Shown here one piece after another: positions 1 to 8,529 of a stretch of 64,000 nt of DNA (position 1 is its first letter; every line of letters begins with the position of its first letter). Source of the DNA: Candidatus Omnitrophota bacterium (GTDB lineage: Bacteria > Omnitrophota > Gorgyraeia > Zapsychrales > Fredricksoniimonadaceae). A model generated the notes under the pieces. The model was not told where the DNA came from. It saw only the letters and a program-made list of their open reading frames with translations, and did not search any database. Location of the stretch: contig JAKFXC010000060.1 in NCBI GenBank assembly GCA_021731625.1, forward strand, positions 794-64,793, read 5' to 3'. The position numbers and the translations under genes are program-made.

Positions 1-1746
1 CGGGCCGCGGCATTCGCCGATGATGATCCGGTCGGGGCGCATGCGCAGGGTGTTGACAAACAAATCGCGGATGGTGATCTTGCCCCGGCCTTCGATGTTG
101 GCCGGCCTGGCCTCGAGGCGGGCCCAGTGGACCTTGTTCAAACGCAATTCCGCCGCGTCTTCGATGGTGATGATGCGCTCATTGTCAGGGATGAAATGGG
201 ACACGATGTTAAGCAACGTGGTCTTGCCGGCGCCGGTCCCTCCGGAAACAATCACGTTTTTGCGGCTGAGGACGCAGGCGTTGATAAAATCCGCCATCGC
301 CTGGGACAGTGAATGGAACCGCAGCAACAAATCGTCGATGGTGTATTTTTCCTGCGAAAATTTACGGATGGTGATCATGGGCCCATTGAGTGACAGCGGG
401 GGGATGATGGCATTGATGCGGCTTCCGTCGGGCAAACGGGCGTCCACCATCGGCGACGATTCATCGACCCGGCGGCCCAGCGGGGCCAGGATGCGGTCGA
501 TGCAAGCCCGCACCTGTTCATTGGAAATAAAATGTTTGTTGGTCAAGACGATCTTGCCGCGTTTCTCAACGAAGATCTCGTCCTTGTTGTTGACCATGAT
601 GTCATTGATCTCGGCGTCCGCCAGAAAATCTTCCAGCGGCCCCAGCCCTAAGGCCTCATTGACCACCTCGCGCACCAGGCGCGAACGCTCCTCATGCGAG
701 GAAATAAACCCGCCCGACGCCTCGGCCATGAGGTCGGAGACCACTTTTTCAGCCGCCTTGCGGATGTTGCCGCTCTGGGCCGGGTCGGTCAAGGCCTCCG
801 GCGAGAGTTTCTGCAAATTCATGCGCTCGACCAGGCGCTGGTGAATCGCCCGCTTGAGTTTGATCACCTCGTCTTCTTCTTTGGTGTACATCCCCTTGAC
901 CGGGCCGCCGGCGTTAGGCAAGATGCCGAATTTTTCCCAAAACTCATTGGTCTTTTTCATGCCCGCGTCAGACGTGCGCACATTCAACACCTCGGCGGAC
1001 TGCACATAAATGTCATCCAATTGCAACTTGTCGGCGATCTCAAAAAACGTCTCCGAGACCTTGGCCTTGGGGCTGTCGATGACGCAGGGCACCCCCCGAT
1101 TTAAGGCGACGCCGACGGTCTTTCCGTCGGAGGGAATGAGCACCAAAATGTCGCAGGTCAATGCCGACTTGACTTCCTGCCAAGCCACCCCCCCGCGGCT
1201 CTCGGCCCGGTTTAAAATGAGCTTGATCATCTTGAGGGGATAGTGCAGGTTTTGAATGATCTCGAGGGTGTTTTTGGCCTGGTATACGGCCAGGATATCG
1301 GGAGTGGCAATGAGCAGGATCAGGTTGGACGAATCAAAAACGCTGATCAGCGTCTCCGTAAACACACTGCCGGCGTCGACAATGATAAAATCATAACTGG
1401 GCTGGGCCCGCTTGAAAAACAGCCGGATGTTATCGACGGTGATATGCCCGCTCTGACGGCTGTGATTGATGCCCGGCAGAAAATCCAGGCCGCTGACATG
1501 CGAGGTGACAAAACGCCTTAAGGCGTCCGGTTTGTCGTCCTTTTCAAGGTCCGCCAAAAGATCTACGAGGGAAAAAGCAGTGGAAAGATTGAGCATCCGC
1601 GCCATGTCGCGTCCGGCCTGCAGATCCAGGTCGAGCAGCAACACGCGCTTGCCTTTGATGGCCAAGGCGGTGGCGATATTGACGCTGCTAAAAGTCTTTC
1701 CTACCCCGCCTTTATTGGAGAAAACCGTGATGACTTTACAGGACAT
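1..1746 (-). CDS. cpaF: CpaE/TadZ (MinD-like)-CpaF/TadA pilus ATPase fusion, runs off window start
   Basis: Manual translation from ATG 1746: MSCKVITVFSNKGGVGKT (deviant Walker A), continuing with no stop across the linker into ...VSGGTGAGKTTLLN...TIEDAAEL...LRMRPDRIIIGECRG. Not in the ORF track because it lacks a stop inside the window. Confidence 0.9.
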   Translation of the reverse strand, partial: MSCKVITVFSNKGGVGKTFSSVNIATALAIKGKRVLLLDLDLQAGRDMARMLNLSTAFSLVDLLADLEKDDKPDALRRFVTSHVSGLDFLPGINHSRQSGHITVDNIRLFFKRAQPSYDFIIVDAGSVFTETLISVFDSSNLILLIATPDILAVYQAKNTLEIIQNLHYPLKMIKLILNRAESRGGVAWQEVKSALTCDILVLIPSDGKTVGVALNRGVPCVIDSPKAKVSETFFEIADKLQLDDIYVQSAEVLNVRTSDAGMKKTNEFWEKFGILPNAGGPVKGMYTKEEDEVIKLKRAIHQRLVERMNLQKLSPEALTDPAQSGNIRKAAEKVVSDLMAEASGGFISSHEERSRLVREVVNEALGLGPLEDFLADAEINDIMVNNKDEIFVEKRGKIVLTNKHFISNEQVRACIDRILAPLGRRVDESSPMVDARLPDGSRINAIIPPLSLNGPMITIRKFSQEKYTIDDLLLRFHSLSQAMADFINACVLSRKNVIVSGGTGAGKTTLLNIVSHFIPDNERIITIEDAAELRLNKVHWARLEARPANIEGRGKITIRDLFVNTLRMRPDRIIIGECRGP

Positions 1747-1844
1747 AGAGAAACTCCATGATAATGAAGTTGCATTGTATCACAGAGCTTTTAAGGAAAG
1801 TATATTTTTTTACCTTAACCCGGCGCACTTGAAAGTGAGGGGCA

Positions 1845-3797
1845 TTAATACGCGGTGACGACCGCCTGGGTCTTGGCTTTAGCGTCGGCCTTGCTGTAGA
1901 CAATAGGGATGGTGATGTTCAAATAATCCCCTTTCATGTCCTTAGGAAAGGCGGCATATGGAGCCACGATTTTAGCGGTGTTTAGAGCATCTTTGTCAAA
2001 AATATTGTGCCCTGAAGACTGCACCACTGCTGCTTCCGCCAAAGATCCATCTTTTAAAATGTGGAGCTTGAGCTTGACAGTGCCGTGCAAATTCTTTTTG
2101 AGGGCCTCATAGGGATAGGTGATGGCCTTGGAAATCTTCACCTGAATAGAGCGCACATACGGAGAGATCTTGCCCTCAACCATGGTCGCTTGCGTCGCTA
2201 TTTCCCGAGATGCCGCCTTGTTCCATTTCTCCGATTTTGACCCTCGGTCCTTGGAAGAGCCTTTAGCGTCATCCTTGGCATCTTTCTTAGCATCTTTCTT
2301 AGCATCTTTCCAAGAATCTTTGCCAGATGCTTTGCCGGACGATTTCTTCCCATTCTTGACGCCTTCCTTAGCGGCATCCTTGCCGCTCTTATCGCTCTTA
2401 TCCTTATCCTTAAGGGAAGACGTGTACTTCTTCTGCAGCGGCTTAGGTGGAGGAGGCGGAGGATTTTTGGGTCTGTCCGTCGGCAATGGCTCATATTCCA
2501 TGCCGTATTTGTCTTCCAATTCTCTCATGTTCCTAGTTAAATCGTCACCTGGCATCTTGGCCTGATCTCTGGCATATTGTTTGGTCCGAACGATGGTCGG
2601 GGTCATGCTAATGACCACTTCTTTGGCCTCATCCGGAACAATCTTGCTGGTGTTTCTAAAAAACATGCCCACAATCGGTATTTTTCCCAAGAACGGCACC
2701 CGACGGGTTTGCTCGGCCTCGGCATAGCGGATCAAGCCCGCCATGATGACCGTCTGCTGGTCTTCCATCACCAGTTCCGTTTGCGCCGTGCGGGTCTTAT
2801 ACGCAATGTCGCTGGTGCGGGCGGCGGTGACCGGAAAGGTGGTGTCCACGTCGCTAATCTGCACATTCATCAGCACATTGATCTTTTCATCTTTGATCGT
2901 CGGGGTTACCGTCAAGGTGACGCCGTATTGTTTAAATGTCACATTGGTCTGCGCCGTCAAGCTGCTGGCATTAAAAGTGGTGGATTCGACCGGCACCTCG
3001 CCGCCGACATTCACGGTCGCTTGCTTGCCGCAGGCAACCACCAACCGGGGACGTGACAACGTGCGGGCCTTGCCGTCTTTGATGAGCAAGTTGACCGCCG
3101 TAATAATGGCATTCCTGCGGTTAAATTGCCCCAACTTAAACCAATCTCTGGCCCCGTCTAAATTCGAAGTCAGCGATTCCGTATAGATGAGCTTTAAAGG
3201 AAGACTGTTTTCTCCGCCGTTCCATTCAATGCCTAAATTTTTGTCCAGGGTGGTGCCGAGTTCCGTCACCTGCATGTCGATCTGGATCATGTCTTCGCAA
3301 TCTTTTTCGCGGGTGACATTGACGATCTGCTCGGAAAAGGGGTCCAGCAGCCGTTCCAGCCGGGGTCTTTGCTCTTTGTACACTTCTCCGGAAACGATGA
3401 CTTTGCCTTCCGCCGGGCTGGCGTCCAAATTCAAACCGTTAAGGTCGGCCTCCTCCAATAAACGCTGCAGCCGTTTCTTTAAACCATTTAAATCAACGCT
3501 GGAAACATTCAATGCCACTGTGTGCTTACCTTCGGAATCCCAATAAAACAACACGGTTTGCCCGGCCCGTTTGGCGACCACTGTGACTTTGTCGGCCGTG
3601 GCATCGGAAATATCCGCGATATCAGGGTTGGTGACGGACACCCGCGAAAGGGTCTTGGCTGGAAACGTCTGCACGTCCCCTAAAATCATGTTGGCCTCAG
3701 AGGTCGAGGTCTTTACCTCCTGGGCAATGCCGATACCGACGGGATTGATCGATCCGGTCACAAATACCAGCGTTATTAGGATTCTGAATATATTCAT
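1845..3797 (-). CDS. cpaC: Tad/Flp secretin (CpaC/RcpA) with Pro/Lys-rich linker and C-terminal TonB_C-like domain
   Basis: Signal peptide, N-domain (VSVTNPDIAD, GQTVLFYW), secretin motifs (ARTLSRPRL, GGEVP, FKQYGVTLTVTP, VPFLGKIPIVGMFF), then YPYEAL..GTVKLKLHILKDG..SSG..FDKDAL. Confidence 0.88.
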   Translation of the reverse strand: MNIFRILITLVFVTGSINPVGIGIAQEVKTSTSEANMILGDVQTFPAKTLSRVSVTNPDIADISDATADKVTVVAKRAGQTVLFYWDSEGKHTVALNVSSVDLNGLKKRLQRLLEEADLNGLNLDASPAEGKVIVSGEVYKEQRPRLERLLDPFSEQIVNVTREKDCEDMIQIDMQVTELGTTLDKNLGIEWNGGENSLPLKLIYTESLTSNLDGARDWFKLGQFNRRNAIITAVNLLIKDGKARTLSRPRLVVACGKQATVNVGGEVPVESTTFNASSLTAQTNVTFKQYGVTLTVTPTIKDEKINVLMNVQISDVDTTFPVTAARTSDIAYKTRTAQTELVMEDQQTVIMAGLIRYAEAEQTRRVPFLGKIPIVGMFFRNTSKIVPDEAKEVVISMTPTIVRTKQYARDQAKMPGDDLTRNMRELEDKYGMEYEPLPTDRPKNPPPPPPKPLQKKYTSSLKDKDKSDKSGKDAAKEGVKNGKKSSGKASGKDSWKDAKKDAKKDAKDDAKGSSKDRGSKSEKWNKAASREIATQATMVEGKISPYVRSIQVKISKAITYPYEALKKNLHGTVKLKLHILKDGSLAEAAVVQSSGHNIFDKDALNTAKIVAPYAAFPKDMKGDYLNITIPIVYSKADAKAKTQAVVTAY

Positions 3798-3800
3798 GGC

Positions 3801-4634
3801 TTAAAGCTCCTTGCCGCCCCGGAAGATCTGGATGTCCGGCCGTTCCGGTTCTTCAGTGGTTGATTGTTGAATGCCTTTCAGTGAATCCGGCAGGTCAATG
3901 TCTGCCCCTTGATTTTGCAAAACATAGTCGGCCAGTGTTTTCCAGGTGGAGGCTTTGACCATTTGGCGTTCGCTTTCCTGAGGGGAACGCAGGGCCAGCT
4001 CCATTTTGCCGTTTTTGTCGGCAAAAGACAACAAACCGGCTTCTTCCGGGTCGACCGCGACCGTGATCCTTAAATCAGGCGCTTTTTGCTGCTCGTCGTA
4101 ATAAATCCCGGTCTCTTCTAAATTGGTATTGACGGCCAAAACTTCGAGGCCTTGAAAAATCATGGCGGTGACGGTATTTTTCTTATCGCCAATGCCCGGC
4201 ACACTTAAACGGGCAATCACGTCGACGGAATCGCCGGGGTTAAGCAGCCCGCCCACCGCGCCCAAAGATTCGACTTTGATGGTCACGGCCCTTTTTCCCG
4301 CCGGAGTCTTTACAGCTAGAGATGGTTTGGGTTTTTTAATGGTTTGGGGATTTTTCTGTATGCTGAGCTTGAGGTCGGCCATTTGTTTCTGCATGGCTTG
4401 GTCTTGTTCGGCCCGCTGCCTGGCAATTTCCGCCTGCAGCGCGGCTTTGTCTGCCGCGGCCTTTTGCTCCATGGCCTGGACAATTTGTTTGGTCTTAGCG
4501 TCGCTTTCTTCCTGGATCTGGGCCTCTTTCTGCGTAATGGTATCAGTCACATATTTCCCGATAAACGCCGCTGCGGCCAGCCCAGCCACCACGGCGATCA
4601 CGAGCAACCCTAACTGTTTTTTGTCCATAAACAA
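3801..4634 (-). CDS. cpaB: Flp pilus assembly protein CpaB/RcpC
   Basis: N-terminal TM; PAGKRAVTI..VGGLLNPGDSVDVI and ELALR motifs; adjacent to cpaC. Confidence 0.88.
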   Translation of the reverse strand: MFMDKKQLGLLVIAVVAGLAAAAFIGKYVTDTITQKEAQIQEESDAKTKQIVQAMEQKAAADKAALQAEIARQRAEQDQAMQKQMADLKLSIQKNPQTIKKPKPSLAVKTPAGKRAVTIKVESLGAVGGLLNPGDSVDVIARLSVPGIGDKKNTVTAMIFQGLEVLAVNTNLEETGIYYDEQQKAPDLRITVAVDPEEAGLLSFADKNGKMELALRSPQESERQMVKASTWKTLADYVLQNQGADIDLPDSLKGIQQSTTEEPERPDIQIFRGGKEL

Positions 4635-4653
4635 ATCCTCCTGCTTCCGGGAA

Positions 4654-5607
4654 TTACTTGACGGCGCCGTCTCCCAGAAGGTTCTTGTTGATTTGCACTT
4701 TTGTTTTTGACGAAAGCTGCTCGATGTGGGCCAAAATGGCTTCCTGCTGTTTGCGTAAGGTCAGGCCCGCGATCAAATCGTCTTTGATGTCTTTGAATGC
4801 CTTGGCCGCGCCGCCTCTTTTGTCGTCGACGTGCACGATGTAATATCCTTGCGGGCCCTTAAACACCGGGCTGGTGCCTCCGGCGTCCAAAGAAGAGATA
4901 GCCGATTGCATGGCGGCGAAAGGGGCCTTGCCGTTATCGAAAGGTTTCAGGGCCCCGCCGGCTGCCGCGGATTTTCCCTTGGATTGGGCCTTGGCAATGT
5001 CGGCGAAACTCCCGCCCTGCAGGACCTGCACTAAAATGTTTTTGGCCGCAGTTTCGTCTTCCACCACAATTTCGCTGACTTTCCATTGAATGGGGTCAAC
5101 AAACATCTGTTTGTTTTTGTCAAAATAGACTTGGGCCTCTTTTTCCGTGGCCGCCACGTTTTTGGTCAAGCGGTTCGCCAATTCCTGCACCAAGAGGGTG
5201 CGGCGAAAATCCTCCACGGCCTCGGCGATTTCCTTTTGGGCGCCGATGCCTGCCTCTTCCGCATCCTTGACCAATAGCTGTTGGCGCACCAATTCATTTA
5301 AGACCGCTTCCTTGTTGCTGGCTTTGCTTTCGTCAAAATTGGGCAGGCCTTCTTTAAGCAGTTTCAGGCGTTGATTAAATTGGTCGGTGGTCAAGGTCCA
5401 ACTGCCTACCTGGGCCAAAACATCGCCGGCGGGAGCCGACGCCTTGGCAGAGGACGGCCGGGTCGCGGGCTCCGCGGTTCCTGTGGACGTCTTTTTGGAA
5501 TCTTTGTTTGAGTTTAGAAAAGAATTGATAAAATCGCAGCCGGAGATTGCTGAAACAACCATCACCACCGCCAATACAGCGACCCACTTTTTTTCAAAAT
5601 ATTGCAT
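4654..5607 (-). CDS. Parvulin (PpiC)-type peptidyl-prolyl isomerase lipoprotein, PrsA/SurA-like
   Basis: Lipobox ISGC; SurA-like helical N region; SFADIAKAQS..GG..GYYIV parvulin core. Confidence 0.8.
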   Translation of the reverse strand: MQYFEKKWVAVLAVVMVVSAISGCDFINSFLNSNKDSKKTSTGTAEPATRPSSAKASAPAGDVLAQVGSWTLTTDQFNQRLKLLKEGLPNFDESKASNKEAVLNELVRQQLLVKDAEEAGIGAQKEIAEAVEDFRRTLLVQELANRLTKNVAATEKEAQVYFDKNKQMFVDPIQWKVSEIVVEDETAAKNILVQVLQGGSFADIAKAQSKGKSAAAGGALKPFDNGKAPFAAMQSAISSLDAGGTSPVFKGPQGYYIVHVDDKRGGAAKAFKDIKDDLIAGLTLRKQQEAILAHIEQLSSKTKVQINKNLLGDGAVK

Positions 5608-5685
5608 GTCTCCCCCTTAGAAAAAGAATATAGCTAAGTATACCCGGTAAAAATCCAAAATGCAACCCCATTAGATTAAGTTATT

Positions 5686-6669
5686 TTAATGCACCAACTC
5701 TTCCACGGATTGTTTTTCCGACAATAATTCCTGTAAAGTGGTTTGAATTTTGGCTTTCGCAAAATCATTATGGGTTAAATCTTTGACGATTTCCCAAGAC
5801 TGGCCGTTGGAGCGCAAGGGAAAGCCGAACATCAGGCCCTGCGGCACCCCGTAACTGCCATCTGAAGATACGGCCGCGGAGAAGAATTCTCCGGACGGGG
5901 TGGGGGTGATAATGGCCCGCACGGTGCAGATGACCGCATTGGCTGCGGAGGCCGCGGACGACAGCCCGCGGGCTTTAATGATGGCCGCGCCCCGTTTTTG
6001 CACGGTCTCGATAAAGGCGCCCTGTAACCAGGCCAGGTCGGTAATGACCGTCGCGGCTGGCTTGCCGCTGATCGTGGCATTATAAAAATCAGGGTACTGG
6101 GTGGCGGAATGATTGCCCCAAATCCCTACTCTTTTAACGTCCAACACCGGCGCCTGGGCCTTAATGGCCAGTTGGGCGGCGGCCCGGTTCTGGTCCAACA
6201 TGGTCATGGCAAAGAAATTTGCCGCGGGAATACCGCTGCACACACTCTTAGCAATCCAAGCGTTTGTATTGCAAGGGTTTCCGACAACAAGCACCTTGCA
6301 GGTGGGTTTGGCATGGCTAGATAGGGCCTTGCCCTGTTCGATGAATACGCCGCCATTAATTTTAAGTAAATCGCCCCTCTCCATCCCTTCTTTGCGGGGA
6401 ACGCTGCCGACCAGCAAGGCCCAGTCAATGTCTTTGAACGCGACCTTGACGTCGCTGGAGATGGTAATAGATTTAAGTAAGGGGAAGGCGCAGTCTTCCA
6501 GCTCCATGACCACCCCACCAAGCGCCGGCAGGGCTTTTTCCAGTTCCAACAAATTAAGATCGATGGCTGTGTCTTTGCCGAATACCTCTCCTGCGGCAAT
6601 GCGAAACAACAAAGCATACCCGATTTGACCGGCCGCGCCGGTGACCGCCACTCTGACTCTATTTCCCAT
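5686..6669 (-). CDS. mdh: Malate dehydrogenase
   Basis: [40 protein letters not shown]; start moved to MGNRVRV. Confidence 0.95.
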   Translation of the reverse strand: MGNRVRVAVTGAAGQIGYALLFRIAAGEVFGKDTAIDLNLLELEKALPALGGVVMELEDCAFPLLKSITISSDVKVAFKDIDWALLVGSVPRKEGMERGDLLKINGGVFIEQGKALSSHAKPTCKVLVVGNPCNTNAWIAKSVCSGIPAANFFAMTMLDQNRAAAQLAIKAQAPVLDVKRVGIWGNHSATQYPDFYNATISGKPAATVITDLAWLQGAFIETVQKRGAAIIKARGLSSAASAANAVICTVRAIITPTPSGEFFSAAVSSDGSYGVPQGLMFGFPLRSNGQSWEIVKDLTHNDFAKAKIQTTLQELLSEKQSVEELVH

Positions 6670-7447
6670 GCAGAACCCCCGGTAGTTTTTTCCTGGCGGC
6701 GTACACTTCACCCATATCAAGGTCGCCAAAAATGACTTCTTCTTTATTGTCGCTGCCGCGGGCCAGGATTTCGCCCCAGGGCGATACGATCATGCTGTTG
6801 CCGAATGCTTCGATGCCTCGGGCCCCGACGCCCACCTGGTTGGGGGCCAACACATACGACAGATTTTCAATGGCGCGGGCCCGCACGAGCGGCTCCCAAT
6901 GGGCCTCGCCGGTGTGGCGGGTAAAACACGCCGGCACGGTGAGCACATTGGCGCCTTGGCGACCGTAGCGCCGGTACAAATCGGGAAACCGCAAATCATA
7001 ACAAACGCTCAGTCCGATCTTAAATTTCCCGACGCTGCCCATGGCCTGCCGTCGTCCGGCGGCGAAACTATCCGATTCACGGATTATCTTATCATCGATG
7101 CAGGCGTCGAATAAGTGAATTTTGCGATATTTTGCCTCGACGTTGCCGAGGGGATTGATAAGGACCGAGGTGTTGTAGAGGCGCTGGCCCTGGCGCTCAT
7201 AAATGGAGCCGGCCAGAATGCTGACCGCGGTGCGGCGGGCGAGGCCTTGAAGGGTGCGGATGCTTTCGCCGTTGACGCTCTCCGCGCTGGCTTTAATGTG
7301 GCGAGGGTCAATCCGGCAGTGAAAAATTTCCGGCAGCAGCACAAATCTGGCGCCGCTGCCCACCGCATCGTTTATCATCTGCGATGCCCGTCGGAGATTC
7401 TCTTTCTTGTCCGGCGAAGCATTGAATTGGACCAGGGCTATGCGCAT
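6659..7447 (-). CDS. Carbon-nitrogen hydrolase (Nit1/YbeM-like deaminated glutathione amidase)
   Basis: [33 protein letters not shown]. Confidence 0.88.
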   Translation of the reverse strand: MRIALVQFNASPDKKENLRRASQMINDAVGSGARFVLLPEIFHCRIDPRHIKASAESVNGESIRTLQGLARRTAVSILAGSIYERQGQRLYNTSVLINPLGNVEAKYRKIHLFDACIDDKIIRESDSFAAGRRQAMGSVGKFKIGLSVCYDLRFPDLYRRYGRQGANVLTVPACFTRHTGEAHWEPLVRARAIENLSYVLAPNQVGVGARGIEAFGNSMIVSPWGEILARGSDNKEEVIFGDLDMGEVYAARKKLPGVLHGK

Positions 7448-7471
7448 AGAAAAAGCAGGAAAAATAGGGAA

Positions 7472-7494
7472 AAATAGGGGGCTGTCCCCTATTT
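7472..7494 (-). repeat. 23-bp REP-like palindrome AAATAGGGGACAGCCCCCTATTT overlapping the GST stop codon
   Basis: Matches copies at 28981 and 36059/36104 with one mismatch. Confidence 0.8.
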
Positions 7495-8130
7495 CTTGGC
7501 GACCAGCATCTCGCCGTATTCTTTGTACGACTTGGTATAGAACGGCTGTCTTTTTAAACGGGCTCGCCAGGCGCTTAAGTTTGGATATGCGGCTAAGCTG
7601 ACATTCGCCAGTTCCGCCGGTTCCAGGGTGGCGAACAACACCAAGTCCGCCAGAGTCATTTCGTCGCTGACCACATATTTATGGGCGCCCAATTGTTTCT
7701 CTAGCAACGGAAAATACTGGTCTAAAAATTTTTGCGCGTCTTCGAGGGCCTTTTCATTGACCGGCCGGTTCATCCGAGGAGCAAAGATACGGCTGAAGGC
7801 CACCGTTGAGAAGTGCACCCCGATATGAAAACCAACAAAATCAATCCATTGCTCCACCACAATGCGTTTCTTCATGTCCGCCGGGTAAATCGGCGATCTG
7901 TGTTTCTCCGCCAGGTATTTGCAGATGGCATTGCTCTCGAACAAATGAAACCCGTCATCATCAATGGCCGGAATTTTTCCGACGGGATTGATCTTTAAAA
8001 ACCATTCCTGTTTCTGTTCCCCTTCACGCAAATTGAGGGGCTGCCACTTGTAATCGATGCCTATGTAATTGGCGGTCAGCCTGACCTTGATGGCGGGACC
8101 GGATAAATCCGAACCGTAAATGGTTAACAT
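7489..8130 (-). CDS. Glutathione S-transferase family protein
   Basis: FLKINPVGKIPAI, LFESNAICKYL, TLADL. Confidence 0.92.
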   Translation of the reverse strand: MLTIYGSDLSGPAIKVRLTANYIGIDYKWQPLNLREGEQKQEWFLKINPVGKIPAIDDDGFHLFESNAICKYLAEKHRSPIYPADMKKRIVVEQWIDFVGFHIGVHFSTVAFSRIFAPRMNRPVNEKALEDAQKFLDQYFPLLEKQLGAHKYVVSDEMTLADLVLFATLEPAELANVSLAAYPNLSAWRARLKRQPFYTKSYKEYGEMLVAKK

Positions 8131-8165
8131 GTGCTGTCCTTTCTGTAAACTGTCTTGTCATCTGC

Positions 8166-8263
8166 GGCGACCCCAACGGGATTGCGCTCCAGCTTAAAAA
8201 ATCTATAGTCGCGCATTCAAAGCTTCCTTATCATAAAAACATTTGAAACTTTGAATGGAACCC
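8166..8263 (-). repeat. Duplicated 3' fragment of tRNA-Glu interrupted in the T-loop by a ~74-bp double hairpin
   Basis: GGCGACCCCAACGGGATT (8166-8183) is identical to 8394-8411; the tRNA match resumes at GAACCC 8258-8263. Confidence 0.7.
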
Positions 8264-8392
8264 ATGCATTGTCAACGGCCTACCCAATGCATCTCAGCAG
8301 ACAACGTCGTTAGCTTAATGTTTTTGTCATCTGGGTTTCGGGTTCAATCGTGAGATCTTCAATTTCAAAATAGGGTAAACCCCTTTTGAAAT

Positions 8393-8469
8393 TGGCGACC
8401 CCAACGGGATTTGAACCCGTGCTGCAAGCTTGAAAAGCTTGTGTCCTGACCAGACTAGACGATGGGGTC
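8393..8469 (-). tRNA. tRNA-Glu(TTC)
   Basis: Cloverleaf; anticodon arm CAAGC-TTTTCAA-GCTTG; GGGTTCAAATCCC T-arm; encoded CCA. Confidence 0.96.
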
Positions 8470-8494
8470 GAAAATATGCGGCAAGAATCGGCCT

Positions 8495-8522
8495 ATTATA
8501 AGCGGAGCCTTCCTTTCGTCAA
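8495..8522 (-). promoter_or_regulatory. sigma70-type promoter for tRNA-Glu
   Basis: TTGACG-N16-TATAAT on the minus strand. Confidence 0.6.
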
Positions 8523-8529
8523 GCCCATT

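Noticed and set aside
20-1858. Plus-strand ORFs at the window start
   Set aside because: Antisense shadows of the cpaE-cpaF gene.
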